Shown: positions 21,600-32,387 of the stretch, in pieces
Numbering within the stretch: the stretch's first letter is position 1
How the letters are laid out: each line of letters starts with the position of its first letter
Source of the DNA: Escherichia coli
GTDB taxonomy: Bacteria; Pseudomonadota; Gammaproteobacteria; Enterobacterales; Enterobacteriaceae
Direction: 5' to 3' (one strand)
Assembly (NCBI RefSeq): GCF_044324785.1
Contig: NZ_CP172127.1
Length of the DNA stretch: 64,000 nt
Program-made: the position numbers and the translations under genes
The notes under the pieces: model-generated
What the model saw: only the letters and a program-made list of their open reading frames with translations
Database searches by the model: none
Told to the model about the DNA's origin: nothing

Positions 21600-21960
21600 T
21601 GCAAGTAGTGGATGAATCTCAATTTCTCCGCTGCTCTATTGCCGTAATCGCCTCCACGCGTTGTTGATGACGACCGCCTTCGTACTGCGCGCCCAGCCAC
21701 GCATCCACAATCATTTTTGCCAGTTCGAGGCCAACCACTCGTGAACCAAAAGCCAGTGCAACTTCACTGGCGTAATGCGGATAATCAGTGCGCTCTGACG
21801 ACCTGGTTCTTTATCAATCCCCTCACTCATTGACCATAAATACAAGGCTGGCACAGCAACGCGGAATCCTGCGGTGCCAGCGACATGACCGCCCATTGCT
21901 CCGGTACTTTTTTTAAAAAGAAACATCGGTTGCATTGATAAATATATAAAACACCTCATA
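21600..21960 (-). pseudogene. Possible gene remnant between yjdP and yjcS
   Basis: 82-aa ORF 21711..21959 (-) with adjacent out-of-frame protein-like segments; no convincing start/RBS. Confidence 0.3.
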
Positions 21961-22147
21961 TTATTTACGGAGATAATAAATTCGCGTGCTTTTCCCTCTT
22001 CAGCACAAATGCCTAATAAAATGGCTCGTTCCGCTCACACTTCCACTTATTAAAGTCGCAATTTCCCAATTATGATAACGCCAGCTTTAAATGACGTATT
22101 TTGCATGGGTTACATATTTACGACACAAATGATAAATGGAGATTTAT

Positions 22148-24133
22148 ATGAATAACTCTCGGTTATTCCGTTTGAGCAGGATTGTTATTGCGTTAACTGC
22201 CGCCAGCGGCATGATGGTAAATACCGCTTACGCAACAGATGAAGCGAAAGCCGCCACTCAATATACCCAACAGATTAATCAGAATTACGCCAAATCATTA
22301 CCGTTTAGCGATCGTCAGGATTTTGACGATGCCCAGCGTGGATTTATCGCCCCGCTGCTGGATGAAGGTATTCTGCGTGATGCGAACGGTAAAGTTTACT
22401 ACCGCGCAGACGACTACAAATTTGATATTAATGCCGCTGCGCCGGAAACCGTAAACCCCAGCCTGTGGCGTCAGTCGCAGATCAACGGCATTTCTGGCCT
22501 GTTCAAAGTCACCGATAAAATGTATCAGGTGCGCGGCCAGGATATCTCTAACATTACATTTGTAGAAGGCGAGAAAGGCATTATTGTTATCGACCCGCTG
22601 GTGACGCCGCCTGCCGCAAAAGCCGCACTTGACCTTTACTTCCAGCATCGTCCGCAAAAACCGATTGTTGCTGTGATTTACACCCACAGCCACGCCGACC
22701 ATTATGGCGGTGTGAAAGGCATTATCTCTGAAGCGGATGTTAAATCCGGCAAAGTGCAGGTGATCGCTCCGGCAGGCTTTATGGACGAAGCCATCAGCGA
22801 AAACGTGCTGGCGGGTAACATCATGAGCCGCCGTGCGCTCTACTCTTACGGTCTGTTACTGCCGCACAACGCGCAAGGCAACGTGGGCAACGGCCTGGGC
22901 GTGACGCTGGCAACCGGCGACCCGAGCATTATTGCACCGACTAAAACTATCGTCAGAACTGGCGAGAAGATGATTATCGACGGCCTGGAATTTGACTTCC
23001 TGATGACTCCGGGTAGCGAAGCGCCAGCCGAAATGCACTTCTACATTCCGGCCCTGAAAGCCCTGTGTACCGCCGAGAACGCCACGCATACCCTGCACAA
23101 CTTCTACACTCTGCGCGGCGCGAAAACCCGCGATACCAGCAAGTGGACCGAGTACCTGAACGAAACGCTGGATATGTGGGGTAACGACGCGGAAGTACTG
23201 TTTATGCCGCACACCTGGCCGGTCTGGGGCAATAAGCATATCAATGATTATATTGGTAAATATCGCGATACTATCAAGTACATTCACGACCAGACCCTGC
23301 ACCTGGCGAACCAGGGCTACACCATGAATGAAATCGGCGACATGATTAAGCTACCGCCTGCGCTTGCCAATAACTGGGCCAGCCGCGGCTATTACGGTTC
23401 TGTCAGCCACAACGCCCGCGCGGTGTATAACTTCTATCTTGGCTATTACGACGGTAACCCGGCTAACCTGCATCCATATGGTCAGGTGGAGATGGGTAAA
23501 CGTTACGTGCAGGCTCTGGGCGGTTCTGCCCGCGTCATCAACCTGGCGAAAGAAGCGAACAAGCAAGGTGATTATCGCTGGTCGGCAGAACTGCTGAAAC
23601 AGGTGATTGCCGCCAACCCTGGTGACCAGGTCGCGAAGAATCTGCAAGCGAATAACTTTGAACAGCTGGGCTATCAGGCCGAGTCCGCCACCTGGCGCGG
23701 TTTCTACCTGACCGGCGCGAAAGAGCTGCGCGAAGGGGTGCATAAATTCAGCCACGGCACCACCGGTTCCCCGGACACCATTCGCGGAATGTCGGTCGAA
23801 ATGCTGTTCGACTTTATGTCCGTTCGCCTCGATAGCGCGAAAGCCGCGGGTAAAAATATCAGCCTGAACTTCAATATGAGCAACGGCGATAACCTCAACC
23901 TGACGCTGAACGATAGCGTGCTTAACTACCGTAAAACGCTGCAACCGCAAGCCGACGCCTCTTTCTACATCAGCCGTGAAGATCTGCACGCCGTGCTGAC
24001 CGGACAAGTCAAAATGGCGGATCTGGTAAAAGCGAAGAAAGCCAAAATTATTGGCAATGGCGCGAAACTGGAAGAAATTATTGCCTGTCTGGATAATTTC
24101 GATTTGTGGGTGAATATCGTAACCCCAAATTAA
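22148..24133 (+). CDS. yjcS: Alkyl/aryl-sulfatase YjcS (metallo-beta-lactamase fold, periplasmic)
   Basis: 661 aa from ATG 22148; signal peptide, HSHADHYGG motif. Confidence 0.88.
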   Translation: MNNSRLFRLSRIVIALTAASGMMVNTAYATDEAKAATQYTQQINQNYAKSLPFSDRQDFDDAQRGFIAPLLDEGILRDANGKVYYRADDYKFDINAAAPETVNPSLWRQSQINGISGLFKVTDKMYQVRGQDISNITFVEGEKGIIVIDPLVTPPAAKAALDLYFQHRPQKPIVAVIYTHSHADHYGGVKGIISEADVKSGKVQVIAPAGFMDEAISENVLAGNIMSRRALYSYGLLLPHNAQGNVGNGLGVTLATGDPSIIAPTKTIVRTGEKMIIDGLEFDFLMTPGSEAPAEMHFYIPALKALCTAENATHTLHNFYTLRGAKTRDTSKWTEYLNETLDMWGNDAEVLFMPHTWPVWGNKHINDYIGKYRDTIKYIHDQTLHLANQGYTMNEIGDMIKLPPALANNWASRGYYGSVSHNARAVYNFYLGYYDGNPANLHPYGQVEMGKRYVQALGGSARVINLAKEANKQGDYRWSAELLKQVIAANPGDQVAKNLQANNFEQLGYQAESATWRGFYLTGAKELREGVHKFSHGTTGSPDTIRGMSVEMLFDFMSVRLDSAKAAGKNISLNFNMSNGDNLNLTLNDSVLNYRKTLQPQADASFYISREDLHAVLTGQVKMADLVKAKKAKIIGNGAKLEEIIACLDNFDLWVNIVTPN

Positions 24134-24139
24134 TGCCAC

Positions 24140-24180
24140 TCACTTTTGGGGGCGCTTAAGCCCCCAAAAGCATTTATTTT
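24140..24180 (+). terminator. Rho-independent terminator after yjcS
   Basis: cttttgggggcgcttaagcccccaaaag hairpin followed by catttatttt. Confidence 0.75.
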
Positions 24181-24341
24181 AAAAATACATACAACAAATT
24201 AATACATAAAATATATAAGTTATGAATGCGGTGGCTGAATAAAGCTATTTTTATTCATCGAGAAAATAGCCATACTGACGCCTTCAATGGATATTGATAT
24301 TCACTACAGATATTGTTCGCAGCAGACAGGATGTATTTAAT

Positions 24342-24617
24342 ATGCCAACAGTTCTCTCTCGCATGGCGATGCAACTCAAAAAAACAGCCTGGATAATTCC
24401 CGTCTTCATGGTTTCGGGATGCTCATTATCTCCGGCAATCCCGGTGATCGGCGCTTATTATCCCAGCTGGTTTTTCTGCGCCATTGCCAGCCTTATTTTG
24501 ACGCTCATCACGAGGCGAATTATTCAGCGGGCAAATATCAATCTGGCATTTGTCGGAATTATTTATACCGCCCTTTTTGCTCTCTACGCCATGCTGCTCT
24601 GGCTGGCATTTTTCTAA
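24342..24617 (+). CDS. ytcA: Small lipoprotein/membrane protein YtcA preceding mdtNOP
   Basis: 91 aa from ATG 24342 (MPTVLSRMAMQLKKTAWIIPVFMVSGC...), lipobox-like VSGC, second TM. Confidence 0.8.
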   Translation: MPTVLSRMAMQLKKTAWIIPVFMVSGCSLSPAIPVIGAYYPSWFFCAIASLILTLITRRIIQRANINLAFVGIIYTALFALYAMLLWLAFF

Positions 24618-24635
24618 TCTATTTGAGACGCGCTC

Positions 24636-25667
24636 ATGGAAAGTACGCCGAAAAAAGCTCCTCGCAGTAAATTCCCTGCTCTGTTAGTGGTTGCGTTGGC
24701 GCTGGTTGCCCTTGTTTTCGTTATCTGGCGCGTAGACAGTGCGCCATCAACTAATGACGCCTACGCGTCAGCAGATACCATTGATGTGGTGCCGGAAGTC
24801 AGCGGTCGCATTGTAGAACTGGCGGTCACCGACAACCAGGCGGTGAAACAGGGCGATTTGCTGTTCCGCATCGACCCGCGCCCGTACGAAGCCAATCTGG
24901 CGAAAGCCGAAGCCTCCCTCGCGGCGCTGGATAAGCAAATTATGCTCACCCAGCGTAGCGTTGACGCACAACAGTTTGGTGCCGACTCGGTTAATGCCAC
25001 GGTAGAAAAAGCCCGTGCCGCTGCAAAACAGGCCAGCGATACATTACGCCGTACCGAGCCGTTGCTAAAAGAAGGTTTTGTCTCAGCGGAAGACGTTGAC
25101 CGTGCGAGGACCGCGCAGCGCGCCGCAGAAGCAGATCTTAATGCCGTATTGTTACAGGCGCAGTCAGCCGCCAGCGCCGTCAGCGGCGTCGATGCATTAG
25201 TTGCCCAGCGTGCGGCAGTGGAAGCAGATATTGCGTTGACGAAACTGCATCTGGAAATGGCGACCGTTCGCGCGCCGTTTGATGGCCGGGTCATTTCCCT
25301 CAAAACCTCCGTCGGGCAATTTGCTTCTGCCATGCGCCCTATTTTCACCCTAATCGACACTCGTCACTGGTACGTGATCGCCAACTTCCGCGAAACTGAT
25401 CTGAAAAATATTCGCTCAGGTACACCCGCAACCATTCGCCTGATGAGCGACAGCGGCAAAACCTTCGAGGGTAAAGTGGATTCGATTGGCTACGGCGTGC
25501 TACCGGATGACGGCGGCCTGGTGCTGGGCGGCCTGCCGAAAGTGTCTCGTTCTATTAACTGGGTCCGCGTTGCCCAGCGTTTTCCGGTCAAAATCATGGT
25601 TGATAAACCTGACCCGGAAATGTTCCGCATCGGCGCTTCGGCAGTCGCTAATCTTGAGCCGCAATAA
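24636..25667 (+). CDS. mdtN: Efflux pump membrane-fusion protein MdtN (HlyD family)
   Basis: 343 aa; N-terminal TM anchor, coiled-coil and beta-barrel regions. Confidence 0.9.
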   Translation: MESTPKKAPRSKFPALLVVALALVALVFVIWRVDSAPSTNDAYASADTIDVVPEVSGRIVELAVTDNQAVKQGDLLFRIDPRPYEANLAKAEASLAALDKQIMLTQRSVDAQQFGADSVNATVEKARAAAKQASDTLRRTEPLLKEGFVSAEDVDRARTAQRAAEADLNAVLLQAQSAASAVSGVDALVAQRAAVEADIALTKLHLEMATVRAPFDGRVISLKTSVGQFASAMRPIFTLIDTRHWYVIANFRETDLKNIRSGTPATIRLMSDSGKTFEGKVDSIGYGVLPDDGGLVLGGLPKVSRSINWVRVAQRFPVKIMVDKPDPEMFRIGASAVANLEPQ

Positions 25668-27718
25668 TGAGCGCGCTCAACTCCCTGCCATTACCGGTGG
25701 TCAGGCTGCTGGCGTTCTTTCATGAAGAGTTAAGCGAGCGGCGACCAGGTCGCGTGCCGCAGACCGTGCAACTCTGGGTAGGCTGCCTGCTGGTGATTCT
25801 GATCTCGATGACTTTTGAGATCCCTTTTGTGGCGTTATCGCTGGCAGTGCTGTTTTACGGTATTCAGTCGAACGCGTTTTACACCAAATTTGTCGCGATC
25901 TTGTTTGTGGTCGCCACGATGCTGGAGATCGGCAGCCTGTTTTTGATCTACAAATGGTCATATGGCGAACCGTTGATCCGATTGATCATTGCCGGACCGA
26001 TCCTGATGGGCTGTATGTTTTTGATGCGCACCCATCGGTTGGGGCTGGTCTTTTTCGCCGTCGCCATTGTCGCTATTTACGGGCAAACCTTCCCCGCCAT
26101 GCTCGACTATCCGGAAGTGGTCGTGCGCTTAACCCTGTGGTGTATCGTTGTCGGCCTCTACCCGACGTTATTGATGACGTTAATCGGCGTGCTGTGGTTT
26201 CCCAGCCGCGCTATCACGCAGATGCATCAGGCGCTTAATGATCGGCTTGATGATGCCATTAGTCACCTGACGGACAGCCTCGCACCGCTACCCGAAACGC
26301 GGATTGAAAGAGAGGCGCTGGCGCTGCAAAAACTCAATGTCTTTTGCCTCGCGGACGATGCCAACTGGCGAACTCAGAGCGCATGGTGGCAAAGCTGCGT
26401 GGCAACGGTAACCTACATTTACTCGACGCTGAATCGCTACGATCCCACCTCTTTTGCTGATTCTCAGGCAATTATTGAATTTCGGCAAAAATTAGCCTCA
26501 GAAATCAACAAACTGCAGTATGCCATTGCCGAAGGTCAGTGCTGGCAAAGCGACTGGCGGATCACTGAAAGTGAAGCGATGGCGGCACGGGAATGTAACC
26601 TGGAGAATATCTGCCAGACGTTGTTACAACTGGGTCAGATGGACCCGAATACGCCGCCAATGCCCGCCACCAAACCGCCATCAATGGTCGCCGACGCTTT
26701 TACCAATCCAGACTATATGCGCTACGCGGTAAAAACGCTGCTCGCCTGTTTGATCTGTTACACCTTCTACAGCGGCGTGGACTGGGAAGGCATTCACACC
26801 TGTATGCTGACCTGCGTGATCGTCGCTAACCCGAATGTTGGTTCGTCGTATCAGAAAATGGCGCTGCGTTTTGGCGGTGCCTTCTGCGGTGCAATTCTGG
26901 CGCTGTTATTCACGTTACTGGTCATGCCCTGGCTGGACAATATTGTCGAATTGCTGTTTGTGCTGGCACCGATTTTCCTGTTGGGCGCATGGATTGCCAC
27001 CAGCTCTGAACGCTCTTCTTATATCGGCACACAGATGGTGGTCACCTTCGCGCTCGCCACGCTCGAAAACGTTTTTGGCCCGGTGTACGACCTGGTGGAA
27101 ATTCGCGATCGCGCCCTGGGTATCATCATTGGTACCGTGGTGTCCGCGGTGATTTACACCTTTGTCTGGCCTGAAAGTGAAGCGCGCACACTGCCGCAAA
27201 AACTGGCTGGCGCGCTGGGTATGTTGAGTAAAGTAATGCGGATCCCACGCCAGCAGGAAGTCACGGCTCTGCGCACTTATCTGCAAATTCGTATAGGTCT
27301 GCATGCGGCGTTTAATGCCTGTGAAGAGATGTGCCAACGCGTGGCGCTGGAGCGTCAACTGGACAGCGAAGAACGCGCTTTACTGATTGAACGTTCGCAA
27401 ACGGTTATTCGTCAGGGCCGCGATATTCTTCACGCCTGGGATGCAACCTGGAACTCGGCGCAGGCGCTGGATAACGCACTACAGCCGGACAGAGCAGGTC
27501 AGTTTGCCGACGCACTGGAGAAATACGCTGCCGGTCTGGCAACCGCACTCAGCCGTTCTCCTCAAATAACGCTTGAAGAGACACCCGCCTCGCAGGCCAT
27601 CCTGCCCACCTTATTAAAACAGGAACAACACGTCTGCCAGCTTTTCGCCCGCTTGCCAGACTGGACAGCCCCGGCATTAACGCCCGCCAAGGAACAGGTA
27701 CAAGGAGCCACGCAATGA
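25667..27718 (+). CDS. mdtO: Efflux pump inner-membrane component MdtO (AaeB/FUSC-like)
   Basis: 683 aa multi-TM; ATGA-type overlap with mdtN. Confidence 0.9.
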   Translation: MSALNSLPLPVVRLLAFFHEELSERRPGRVPQTVQLWVGCLLVILISMTFEIPFVALSLAVLFYGIQSNAFYTKFVAILFVVATMLEIGSLFLIYKWSYGEPLIRLIIAGPILMGCMFLMRTHRLGLVFFAVAIVAIYGQTFPAMLDYPEVVVRLTLWCIVVGLYPTLLMTLIGVLWFPSRAITQMHQALNDRLDDAISHLTDSLAPLPETRIEREALALQKLNVFCLADDANWRTQSAWWQSCVATVTYIYSTLNRYDPTSFADSQAIIEFRQKLASEINKLQYAIAEGQCWQSDWRITESEAMAARECNLENICQTLLQLGQMDPNTPPMPATKPPSMVADAFTNPDYMRYAVKTLLACLICYTFYSGVDWEGIHTCMLTCVIVANPNVGSSYQKMALRFGGAFCGAILALLFTLLVMPWLDNIVELLFVLAPIFLLGAWIATSSERSSYIGTQMVVTFALATLENVFGPVYDLVEIRDRALGIIIGTVVSAVIYTFVWPESEARTLPQKLAGALGMLSKVMRIPRQQEVTALRTYLQIRIGLHAAFNACEEMCQRVALERQLDSEERALLIERSQTVIRQGRDILHAWDATWNSAQALDNALQPDRAGQFADALEKYAAGLATALSRSPQITLEETPASQAILPTLLKQEQHVCQLFARLPDWTAPALTPAKEQVQGATQ

Positions 27719-29181
27719 TCAATCGTCAACTTTCACGTCTGCTGTTGTGCAGCATTCTCGGCAGCACGACGCTGATTTCCGGCTGTGCCCTGGTACGTAA
27801 GGATTCTGCACCTCATCAACAGCTCAAACCGGAACAAATCAAACTGGCCGATGATATTCATCTTGCCAGCTCCGGCTGGCCGCAGGCGCAGTGGTGGAAA
27901 CAACTCAATGACCCGCAGTTGGATGCGCTGATCCAACGGACGCTAAGTGGTTCACACACCCTCGCCGAAGCGAAACTGCGGGAAGAAAAAGCGCAGTCGC
28001 AGGCCGATTTGTTAGATGCCGGTTCACAATTACAGGTCGCAGCGTTAGGGATGCTCAACCGCCAACGTGTCTCGGCGAACGGCTTTTTAAGCCCTTATGC
28101 GATGGATGCGCCAGCACTGGGTATGGACGGGCCGTACTATACGGAAGCCACAGTCGGTTTGTTTGCCGGACTGGATCTTGATTTGTGGGGTGTGCATCGC
28201 TCAGCGGTTGCCGCCGCCATTGGCGCGCATAATGCCGCGCTGGCAGAAACCGCAGCAGTAGAGCTATCGCTGACCACTGGCGTAGCGCAGCTTTATTACA
28301 GTATGCAGGCCAGCTATCAGATGCTCGATCTGTTAGAACAAACACGCGATGTGATTGATTACGCGGTGAAAGCGCACCAGAGTAAAGTGGCGCACGGTCT
28401 GGAAGCGCAAGTGCCTTTCCACGGCGCGCGGGCACAGATTCTGGCGGTCGATAAACAAATTGCTGCCGTTAAAGGGCAAATCACCGAAACGCGAGAATCT
28501 CTGCGTGCATTGATTGGCGCGGGAGCCAGCGATATGCCGGAGATCAAACCGGTGGCATTACCGCAAGTCCAGACCGGTATTCCGGCGACACTCTCTTATG
28601 AGTTGCTCGCCAGACGCCCGGATCTGCAAGCTATGCGCTGGTATGTTCAGGCGTCATTAGATCAGGTGGATTCCGCGCGGGCGCTGTTCTATCCGAGCTT
28701 TGATATCAAAGCGTTTTTCGGCCTGGATTCTATCCACCTGGATACCTTATTCAAAAAAACCAGTCGCCAGTTCAACTTTATCCCGGGTCTGAAATTGCCG
28801 CTGTTTGACGGTGGACGGTTGAATGCCAATCTCGAAGGCACTCGCGCCGCCAGCAACATGATGATTGAACGTTACAACCAGTCAGTGCTGAATGCGGTGC
28901 GCGACGTTGCCGTCAACGGCACGCGTCTGCAAACGCTCAACGACGAGCGAGAGATGCAGGCTGAACGCGTGGAAGCAACGCGCTTCACCCAGCGCGCTGC
29001 CGAGGCCGCCTATCAACGCGGCTTAACCAGCCGCTTACAGGCCACCGAAGCCCGGTTGCCAGTGCTTGCCGAAGAGATGTCATTACTGATGCTGGACAGC
29101 CGCCGGGTGACCCAAAGCATTCAGTTGATGAAATCGCTGGGTGGCGGGTATCAGGCAAGTCCCGTCGTCGAGAAAAAATAA
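27715..29181 (+). CDS. mdtP: Outer-membrane efflux channel MdtP (TolC/NodT family)
   Basis: 488 aa; lipoprotein signal LISGC. Confidence 0.9.
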   Translation: MINRQLSRLLLCSILGSTTLISGCALVRKDSAPHQQLKPEQIKLADDIHLASSGWPQAQWWKQLNDPQLDALIQRTLSGSHTLAEAKLREEKAQSQADLLDAGSQLQVAALGMLNRQRVSANGFLSPYAMDAPALGMDGPYYTEATVGLFAGLDLDLWGVHRSAVAAAIGAHNAALAETAAVELSLTTGVAQLYYSMQASYQMLDLLEQTRDVIDYAVKAHQSKVAHGLEAQVPFHGARAQILAVDKQIAAVKGQITETRESLRALIGAGASDMPEIKPVALPQVQTGIPATLSYELLARRPDLQAMRWYVQASLDQVDSARALFYPSFDIKAFFGLDSIHLDTLFKKTSRQFNFIPGLKLPLFDGGRLNANLEGTRAASNMMIERYNQSVLNAVRDVAVNGTRLQTLNDEREMQAERVEATRFTQRAAEAAYQRGLTSRLQATEARLPVLAEEMSLLMLDSRRVTQSIQLMKSLGGGYQASPVVEKK

Positions 29182-29204
29182 AATGTCTGCCGCGTGATGG
29201 CTGT

Positions 29205-29270
29205 CACGCGGTATTTCGTTTCGTCACGTCAAAACTGACGACAGCCTGTTTTTCGTCAGAGTTTTGAATA
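29205..29270 (+). promoter_or_regulatory. Putative FhlA upstream activating sequences for fdhF
   Basis: Repeated tcgtcacg / gtcaaaactgacg / ttcgtcag motifs about 100 bp upstream of the sigma54 element. Confidence 0.45.
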
Positions 29271-29311
29271 AATAGTGCCCGTAATATCAGGGAATGCCCC
29301 CAAATAAAATG

Positions 29312-29327
29312 TGGCATAAAAGATGCA
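29312..29327 (+). promoter_or_regulatory. Sigma-54 (-24/-12) promoter of fdhF
   Basis: TGGCATaaaagaTGCAT with GG...GC spacing matching the TGGCAC-N5-TTGC consensus, about 50 bp upstream of the ATG. Confidence 0.7.
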
Positions 29328-29378
29328 TACTGTAGTCGAGAGCGCGTATGCGTGATTTGATTAACTGGAGCGAGACCG

Positions 29379-31526
29379 ATGAAAAAAGTCGTCACGGTTT
29401 GCCCCTATTGCGCATCAGGTTGCAAAATCAACCTGGTCGTCGATAACGGCAAAATCGTCCGGGCGGAGGCAGCGCAGGGGAAAACCAACCAGGGTACCCT
29501 GTGTCTGAAGGGTTATTATGGCTGGGATTTCATTAACGATACCCAGATCCTGACCCCGCGCCTGAAAACCCCCATGATCCGTCGCCAGCGTGGCGGCAAA
29601 CTCGAACCTGTTTCCTGGGATGAGGCACTGAATTACGTTGCCGAGCGCCTGAGCGCCATCAAAGAGAAGTACGGTCCGGATGCCATCCAGACGACCGGCT
29701 CCTCGCGTGGTACGGGTAACGAAACCAACTATGTAATGCAAAAATTTGCGCGCGCCGTTATTGGTACCAATAACGTTGACTGCTGCGCTCGTGTCTGACA
29801 CGGCCCATCGGTTGCAGGTCTGCACCAATCGGTCGGTAATGGCGCAATGAGCAATGCTATTAACGAAATTGATAATACCGATTTAGTGTTCGTTTTCGGG
29901 TACAACCCGGCGGATTCCCACCCAATCGTGGCGAACCACGTAATTAACGCTAAACGTAACGGGGCGAAAATTATCGTCTGCGATCCGCGCAAAATTGAAA
30001 CCGCGCGCATTGCTGACATGCACATTGCACTGAAAAACGGCTCGAACATCGCGCTGTTGAATGCGATGGGTCATGTCATTATTGAAGAAAACCTGTACGA
30101 CAAAGCTTTCGTCGCTTCCCGTACAGAAGGCTTTGAAGAGTATCGTAAAATCGTTGAAGGCTACACGCCGGAGTCGGTTGAAGATATCACCGGCGTCAGC
30201 GCCAGTGAGATTCGTCAGGCGGCGCGGATGTATGCCCAGGCGAAAAGCGCCGCCATCCTGTGGGGCATGGGTGTAACCCAGTTCTACCAGGGCGTGGAAA
30301 CCGTGCGTTCTCTGACCAGCCTCGCGATGCTGACTGGTAACCTCGGTAAGCCGCATGCGGGTGTAAACCCGGTTCGTGGTCAGAACAACGTGCAGGGTGC
30401 CTGCGATATGGGCGCGCTGCCGGATACGTATCCGGGATACCAGTACGTGAAAGATCCGGCTAACCGCGAGAAATTCGCCAAAGCCTGGGGCGTGGAAAAC
30501 CTGCCTGCTCATACCGGCTATCGCATCAGCGAGCTGCCGCACCGCGCAGCGCATGGCGAAGTGCGTGCCGCGTACATTATGGGCGAAGATCCGCTGCAAA
30601 CTGACGCGGAGCTGTCGGCAGTACGTAAAGCCTTTGAAGATCTGGAACTGGTCATCGTTCAGGACATCTTTATGACCAAAACCGCGTCGGCTGCGGATGT
30701 TATTTTACCATCAACGTCGTGGGGCGAGCATGAAGGCGTGTTTACTGCGGCTGACCGTGGCTTCCAGCGTTTCTTCAAGGCGGTTGAACCGAAGTGGGAT
30801 CTGAAAACGGACTGGCAAATCATCAGTGAAATTGCCACTCGTATGGGTTATCCGATGCACTACAACAACACCCAGGAGATCTGGGATGAGTTGCGTCATC
30901 TGTGCCCGGATTTCTACGGTGCGACTTACGAGAAAATGGGCGAACTGGGCTTCATTCAGTGGCCTTGCCGCGATACTTCAGATGCCGATCAGGGGACTTC
31001 TTATCTGTTTAAAGAGAAGTTTGATACCCCGAACGGTCTGGCGCAGTTCTTCACCTGCGACTGGGTAGCGCCAATCGACAAACTCACCGACGAGTACCCG
31101 ATGGTACTGTCAACGGTGCGTGAAGTTGGTCACTACTCTTGCCGTTCGATGACCGGTAACTGTGCGGCACTGGCGGCGCTGGCTGATGAACCTGGCTACG
31201 CACAAATCAATACCGAAGACGCCAAACGTCTGGGTATTGAAGATGAGGCATTGGTTTGGGTGCACTCGCGTAAAGGCAAAATTATCACCCGTGCGCAGGT
31301 CAGCGATCGTCCGAACAAAGGGGCGATTTACATGACCTACCAGTGGTGGATTGGTGCCTGTAACGAGCTGGTTACCGAAAACTTAAGCCCGATTACGAAA
31401 ACGCCGGAATACAAATACTGCGCCGTGCGCGTCGAGCCGATCGCCGATCAGCGCGCCGCCGAGCAGTACGTGATTGACGAGTACAACAAGTTGAAAACTC
31501 GCCTGCGCGAAGCGGCACTGGCGTAA
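29379..31526 (+). CDS. fdhF: Formate dehydrogenase H (selenocysteine-containing molybdoenzyme); in-frame UGA at 29796..29798 encodes Sec
   Basis: ORFs 29379..29798 and 29847..31526 share one frame, separated only by one TGA; N-terminal 4Fe-4S Cys motif CPYCASGC; combined 715 aa. Confidence 0.92.
29796..29845 (+). other. SECIS element (SelB-binding mRNA hairpin) directly 3' of the Sec UGA
   Basis: tgacacggcccatcggttgcaggtctgcaccaatcggtcggtaatggcg, matching my recollection of the E. coli fdhF SECIS. Confidence 0.85.
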
Positions 31527-31534
31527 TACAGTCC

Positions 31535-31565
31535 TTTCTACAGCCTCCTTCCGGAGGCTGTTTTT
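31535..31565 (+). terminator. Rho-independent terminator after fdhF
   Basis: cagcctccttccggaggctg hairpin followed by ttttttt. Confidence 0.85.
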
Positions 31566-31619
31566 TTATCCATTCGAACTCTTTATACTGGTTACTCCCT
31601 ACCCAATCGTATTATCAAA

Positions 31620-32309
31620 ATGAAAAAAATTATCGCATTGATGTTGTTTTTGACATTCTTTGCCCACGCCAACGACTCCGAGCCTGGCAGCCAGTATTTA
31701 AAGGCAGCAGAGGCCGGGGACCGACGCGCACAATATTTTCTTGCCGACAGCTGGTTTAGCTCCGGCGATTTGAGCAAAGCCGAATATTGGGCACAGAAAG
31801 CCGCCGACAGCGGTGATGCTGATGCCTGCGCGCTGTTAGCGCAGATCAAAATCACCAATCCGGTCAGTCTGGACTATCCACAAGCAAAAGTTCTTGCAGA
31901 GAAAGCGGCGCAAGCGGGCAGTAAAGAAGGTGAAGTAACGCTGGCGCATATTCTGGTAAATACGCAAGCGGGTAAACCGGATTATCCAAAGGCGATTTCG
32001 CTGTTAGAAAACGCTTCGGAAGATCTGGAGAACGACTCTGCCGTCGATGCCCAAATGCTGCTTGGTTTGATTTACGCCAACGGCGTGGGCATTAAGGCCG
32101 ACGATGACAAGGCAACCTGGTATTTCAAACGCAGCTCTGCGATTTCCCGAACCGGTTATTCCGAGTACTGGGCGGGAATGATGTTCTTAAACGGTGAAGA
32201 AGGTTTTATCGAGAAGAACAAACAAAAGGCGCTGCACTGGCTGAACCTGAGCTGTATGGAAGGGTTTGATACCGGGTGTGAAGAGTTTGAAAAATTAACT
32301 AACGGTTAA
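31620..32309 (+). CDS. yjcO: Sel1-repeat (TPR-like) periplasmic protein YjcO
   Basis: 229 aa; signal peptide; repeated Sel1-like units. Confidence 0.85.
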   Translation: MKKIIALMLFLTFFAHANDSEPGSQYLKAAEAGDRRAQYFLADSWFSSGDLSKAEYWAQKAADSGDADACALLAQIKITNPVSLDYPQAKVLAEKAAQAGSKEGEVTLAHILVNTQAGKPDYPKAISLLENASEDLENDSAVDAQMLLGLIYANGVGIKADDDKATWYFKRSSAISRTGYSEYWAGMMFLNGEEGFIEKNKQKALHWLNLSCMEGFDTGCEEFEKLTNG

Positions 32310-32310
32310 G

Positions 32311-32383
32311 GTAGGCCTGATAAGACGCGTTAAGCGTCGCATCAGGCATCCACACATTGCCGGGTGGATATCCCCGGCAATCT
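32311..32383. repeat. REP/BIME palindromic repeats between yjcO and gltP
   Basis: aggcctgataagacgcgttaagcgtcgcatcaggc ... gccgggtggatatccccggca. Confidence 0.75.
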
Positions 32384-32387
32384 TCAA

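Noticed and set aside
23351-24139. 262-aa antisense ORF within yjcS, plus similar ones within fdhF (29883..30599), gltP (32988..33806), nrfC (37478..38242), nrfA (39069..39887) and ghxP (48128..49610)
   Set aside because: Same reasoning: no RBS or start context, biased composition, fully overlapped by strongly supported genes.
29796-29798. In-frame stop in fdhF as a possible pseudogene or sequencing error
   Set aside because: The TGA is followed immediately by a SECIS-type hairpin and the frame continues for 1.7 kb of conserved protein; programmed selenocysteine insertion.
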